A stretch of 1,912 nucleotides of DNA from Naegleria gruberi (Eukaryota): the NCBI GenBank assembly GCA_000004985.1, contig GG739305.1; one strand, written 5' to 3'. Numbering within the stretch: position 1 is the stretch's first letter; every line of letters begins with the position of its first letter. The notes under the pieces are model-generated. The model saw only the letters and a program-made list of their open reading frames with translations, did not search any database and was not told the DNA's origin. A program made the position numbers and the translations under genes. This document shows positions 1 to 1,912 of the stretch, one piece after another.

Positions 1-603
1 CACACTGATGCAAAACTGATCTACGAGCAGAATGCAAACTCATCACTTGTGGTGGTGTCTCCATTCAGTGGTTGTGTATTTGTTTCATCTGACAATTCCT
101 CTCTTTCACAAAATGTAACATTCCACATTAGAATTTCTAATGAAGACTATGGAATTGGAGAAATATCCACCTATTCATGCATTCAAATAATGCAGGCTTC
201 CTTAGAGAATAATAGCCATTGCGCCATTTCTGGATACAACAATGCATCCTCTGTGATTGATTGTTCCTGTGCAATTACTGACATGTCCAGAGATGTTATT
301 GTTATTCAAGATACAACCATTGCAACAGTCCAAGTACTTAACAAAGTAGTGGTACAAGTTGGTACTAACTCATTTACAGATGTGATTATTATTTGTTCAG
401 TCGTTTGTGCTAGTTGTCTGATTCTCATTCTTGTTGGTATCATTGCTCTCTATCTTTGTATCTTACGTAAGAAACGAAGATATTACTTGCAAAGAGAGGA
501 TGTTGATACTGAAAGCCAACACATGAAGCGTCAGTTAGTATTTCACACATCTAAATTGTCGGACAGTGAATCCAGTCTAGTAACTGTTAAAGTGTTCTTT
601 TAG
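1..603 (+). CDS. 3' terminal coding segment of a eukaryotic single-pass type I transmembrane glycoprotein; 5' end lies upstream of the window. The 49..603 ORF in the track is the same frame from an internal Met. The encoded part is a Cys-rich N-glycosylated ectodomain, a TM helix, an RKKRR stop-transfer cluster and a 45-aa cytoplasmic tail, followed by TAA.
   Basis: Frame 1 has no stop from nt 1 to the TAA at 601-603, and translation of nt 1-48 (HTDAKLIYEQNANSSL...) continues smoothly into the listed ORF. Residues 112-139 of the listed ORF (VIIICSVVCASCLILILVGIIALYLCIL, nt 382-465) form an uninterrupted 28-aa hydrophobic segment. It is immediately followed by RKKRR (nt 466-480), the classic positive-inside stop-transfer. 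Upstream of the helix there are five N-x-S/T sequons (NSS upstream of the Met, then NSS, NVT, NNS, NAS) and six Cys residues, consistent with a luminal/extracellular domain. Downstream there is a hydrophilic Ser/Asp/Glu-rich tail. The composition is far less AT-extreme than the flanking DNA. No family-level identification was possible without a database search. Confidence 0.72.
   Translation, partial: HTDAKLIYEQNANSSLVVVSPFSGCVFVSSDNSSLSQNVTFHIRISNEDYGIGEISTYSCIQIMQASLENNSHCAISGYNNASSVIDCSCAITDMSRDVIVIQDTTIATVQVLNKVVVQVGTNSFTDVIIICSVVCASCLILILVGIIALYLCILRKKRRYYLQREDVDTESQHMKRQLVFHTSKLSDSESSLVTVKVFF
382..465 (+). other. Predicted transmembrane helix of the encoded protein (28 aa), with the basic anchor RKKRR at 466-480 on the cytoplasmic side.
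   Basis: There is a continuous run of I/L/V/A/C/G/Y residues with no charged residue. Asp (…FTD) precedes it and Arg-Lys-Lys-Arg-Arg follows it, giving orientation N-out/C-in (type I), consistent with the N-glycosylation sequons lying N-terminal to it. Confidence 0.7.
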
Positions 604-1912
604 TCTAATTGTAAGGTGTAATCTACATGAACTTGGGGTTGGTTAGGATTCAGAGTTGATTTATTTGGGTTATTTAATATATTACTTAGTGAAGATTCAT
701 ATCATTGATTATATTTCTTATAATCTATTAATGATGTAAATTTGATGTTTTCATTTCTTGTATTGACAGATATTTAAAGGTCAGGTCAGTACTAACTTTT
801 GAATTATGGACTTTTAGAAGTCAAATGTTTGGGACGTGAATCTACTCATTGGATTGAACAGGTATTGCTAATAAAGAAACATTTCATTGATTTATTGATT
901 ATAACGGTCAAATTGAGTTGAATGGAAGTGAATCACATGTTGATTCATCGTGGATGGGTAGTTTCGCCACGAAGTGGTGCAACTACCAACCTTTGTAGAT
1001 TGAATCAGGTTGATTTGCATGCAATATGAATAAGTAACATTATCAAGAGAGTGATTATTCACCAATTCAATGATCAATATTCAATAATCGGTTTGATTTC
1101 AATCAATAGCTTGATCAACAAGCTTTGAATTAATATTCCAGTAATTAACGGCAGTCTATTTTTAAATTTAATCAAAGACCATATATAGTATCTTGACTTT
1201 TGTGATCTGGAAACTATCTAGATGTGTTCTATATTGAATAATCTATTTGAAAATGAGATGAATTAACTCTTCTATTGAGTTTTATTGGTATTGGATGATA
1301 TTACGATTATAATAATCTACACAGAAATCACTCTTGAAATATAAACTGTACTACAATGTATGAGAAACATAATGGTGGTGGAATTAATCAATAACTCGTT
1401 GAAATGACTGAGATGGAATGTAAACTATGGTCTATTTGTCATGTAATGGAGACTAGACAGTGTCAATTTCATCAAATTATTTCAAACTGATTACAATCAA
1501 TAAAAACCCGTACCATACATCAAACATGTCATATAGAATGAGTTTCAATATTTAATATTGTGAACTGACTCTGTTGGATACCATCTCTATAAATATAACA
1601 AGATGAAAAGTGTCAACATTCAATTACACATGCATGTTACTATGGAGAATCATCATTATATCATCTAGATAGGTAATATTTCAAGTTTCAGTGGAATTGA
1701 CTGTCTACATATTGAGATGTGTATACTAAGGGTTAAGAAGTGTCACCTTCACTGATTACTGACATGAATATGACAATTGAATATATTATTGTTGCATAAA
1801 TAATTCATTGTTCAATGATTATGCTATGATGGTTAAATTTAATTTTGGGATTAAGATACTTCCCCATTGATTACCTTAGATGTTCTTTAGTTGACTTGAA
1901 GATATTGAGCCA
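604..1912 (+). other. Non-coding AT-rich flank (3' UTR plus intergenic and/or intronic DNA); no protein-coding or structured-RNA gene detected.
   Basis: Stops occur every few codons in all six frames, and the longest ORF is a 61-aa minus-strand ORF of low-complexity composition. G+C is visibly lower than in the CDS (e.g. 661-720 is about 18% G+C). There is no tRNA-like cloverleaf, no rRNA-like conserved blocks and no direct-repeat/spacer periodicity. Confidence 0.6.
870..875 (+). promoter_or_regulatory. Candidate polyadenylation signal (AATAAA) for the upstream gene, followed by a U-rich downstream element (tttcattgatttattgatt, ~883-900). Predicted cleavage would be ~885-905, giving a 3' UTR of roughly 280-300 nt.
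   Basis: This is the first canonical AATAAA hexamer after the stop codon at 601-603, with a T-rich tract 8-30 nt downstream. A second AATAAA at 1499-1504 is an alternative. AT-rich DNA generates such hexamers by chance, so this is tentative. Confidence 0.3.

Noticed and set aside
49-51. ATG at 49 as the true start codon of the gene
   Set aside because: The same frame is open all the way to nt 1, and the upstream codons read as ordinary ectodomain sequence including an N-S-S sequon. The residues after Met49 (VVSPFSGCVFVSS) are not a convincing signal peptide, so the real N-terminus is upstream or in another exon.
386-394. Microsatellite-like (ATT)3 and the GGTGGTGGT run at 50-58
   Set aside because: Only three units each and both lie in-frame within coding sequence (Ile-Ile-Ile / Val-Val-Val context), so they are trivial.
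464-472. AC|GTAAGA resembling a strong 5' splice donor inside the ORF
   Set aside because: Reading through gives the textbook TM-helix-then-RKKRR stop-transfer arrangement in frame, which would be an unlikely coincidence for intronic sequence. The exon side (TAC) is also non-consensus.
1015-1024. Perfect 10-bp palindromes TTGCATGCAA (1015-1024) and ACATGCATGT (1628-1637), and a small hairpin AGCTTG-atcaa-CAAGCT (1108-1124) containing the palindrome TTGATCAA
   Set aside because: Such short palindromes are expected by chance in >1 kb of AT-rich DNA. There are no flanking conserved half-sites, no pairing into longer stems and no U-tract. I could not link them to a known operator or terminator.
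892-1077. Minus-strand 61-aa ORF from the six-frame track
   Set aside because: It is short and lies in the most AT-rich, stop-dense region. Its composition is low-complexity (N/I/Y/S-rich) with no start context, signal sequence or recognisable motif. This is what chance predicts in AT-rich DNA.
604-1912. CRISPR array, tRNA/rRNA gene, transposon termini or a compact prokaryotic defence operon in the non-coding stretch
   Set aside because: There is no periodic direct repeat, no terminal inverted repeats with target-site duplication, no cloverleaf-compatible arms and no ORFs at all. The composition and feature content are eukaryotic.

Overview
This window is AT-rich, roughly one-third G+C by eye. 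It reads as eukaryotic nuclear DNA and shows no sign of a prokaryotic or phage locus. The only convincing feature is the 3' end of a protein-coding gene on the + strand. Frame 1 is open from base 1 to a TAA at 601-603, so the coding sequence enters from upstream and the ATG at 49 is almost certainly an internal Met. The encoded C-terminal portion has the architecture of a single-pass type I membrane glycoprotein. It has a Cys-rich luminal/extracellular segment with five N-x-S/T sequons, a strongly hydrophobic 28-residue helix (nt 382-465), an immediate RKKRR stop-transfer cluster (nt 466-480) and a 45-residue Ser/acidic cytoplasmic tail. I cannot match the protein to a named family from memory, so no gene symbol is given. 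The remaining ~1.3 kb (604-1912) is very AT-rich and has stop codons in all six frames. It contains no credible ORF, tRNA, rRNA, CRISPR array or mobile-element terminus, so I read it as 3' UTR plus intergenic or intronic DNA. Within it there are candidate poly(A) signals (AATAAA at 870-875 and 1499-1504) and a mini-intron-like motif cluster (782-819). There are also a few short palindromes and loosely recurring words, which I regard as chance in low-complexity AT-rich sequence. I see no evidence for a novel defence or accessory system. The honest reading is an ordinary eukaryotic gene end with its downstream non-coding flank.
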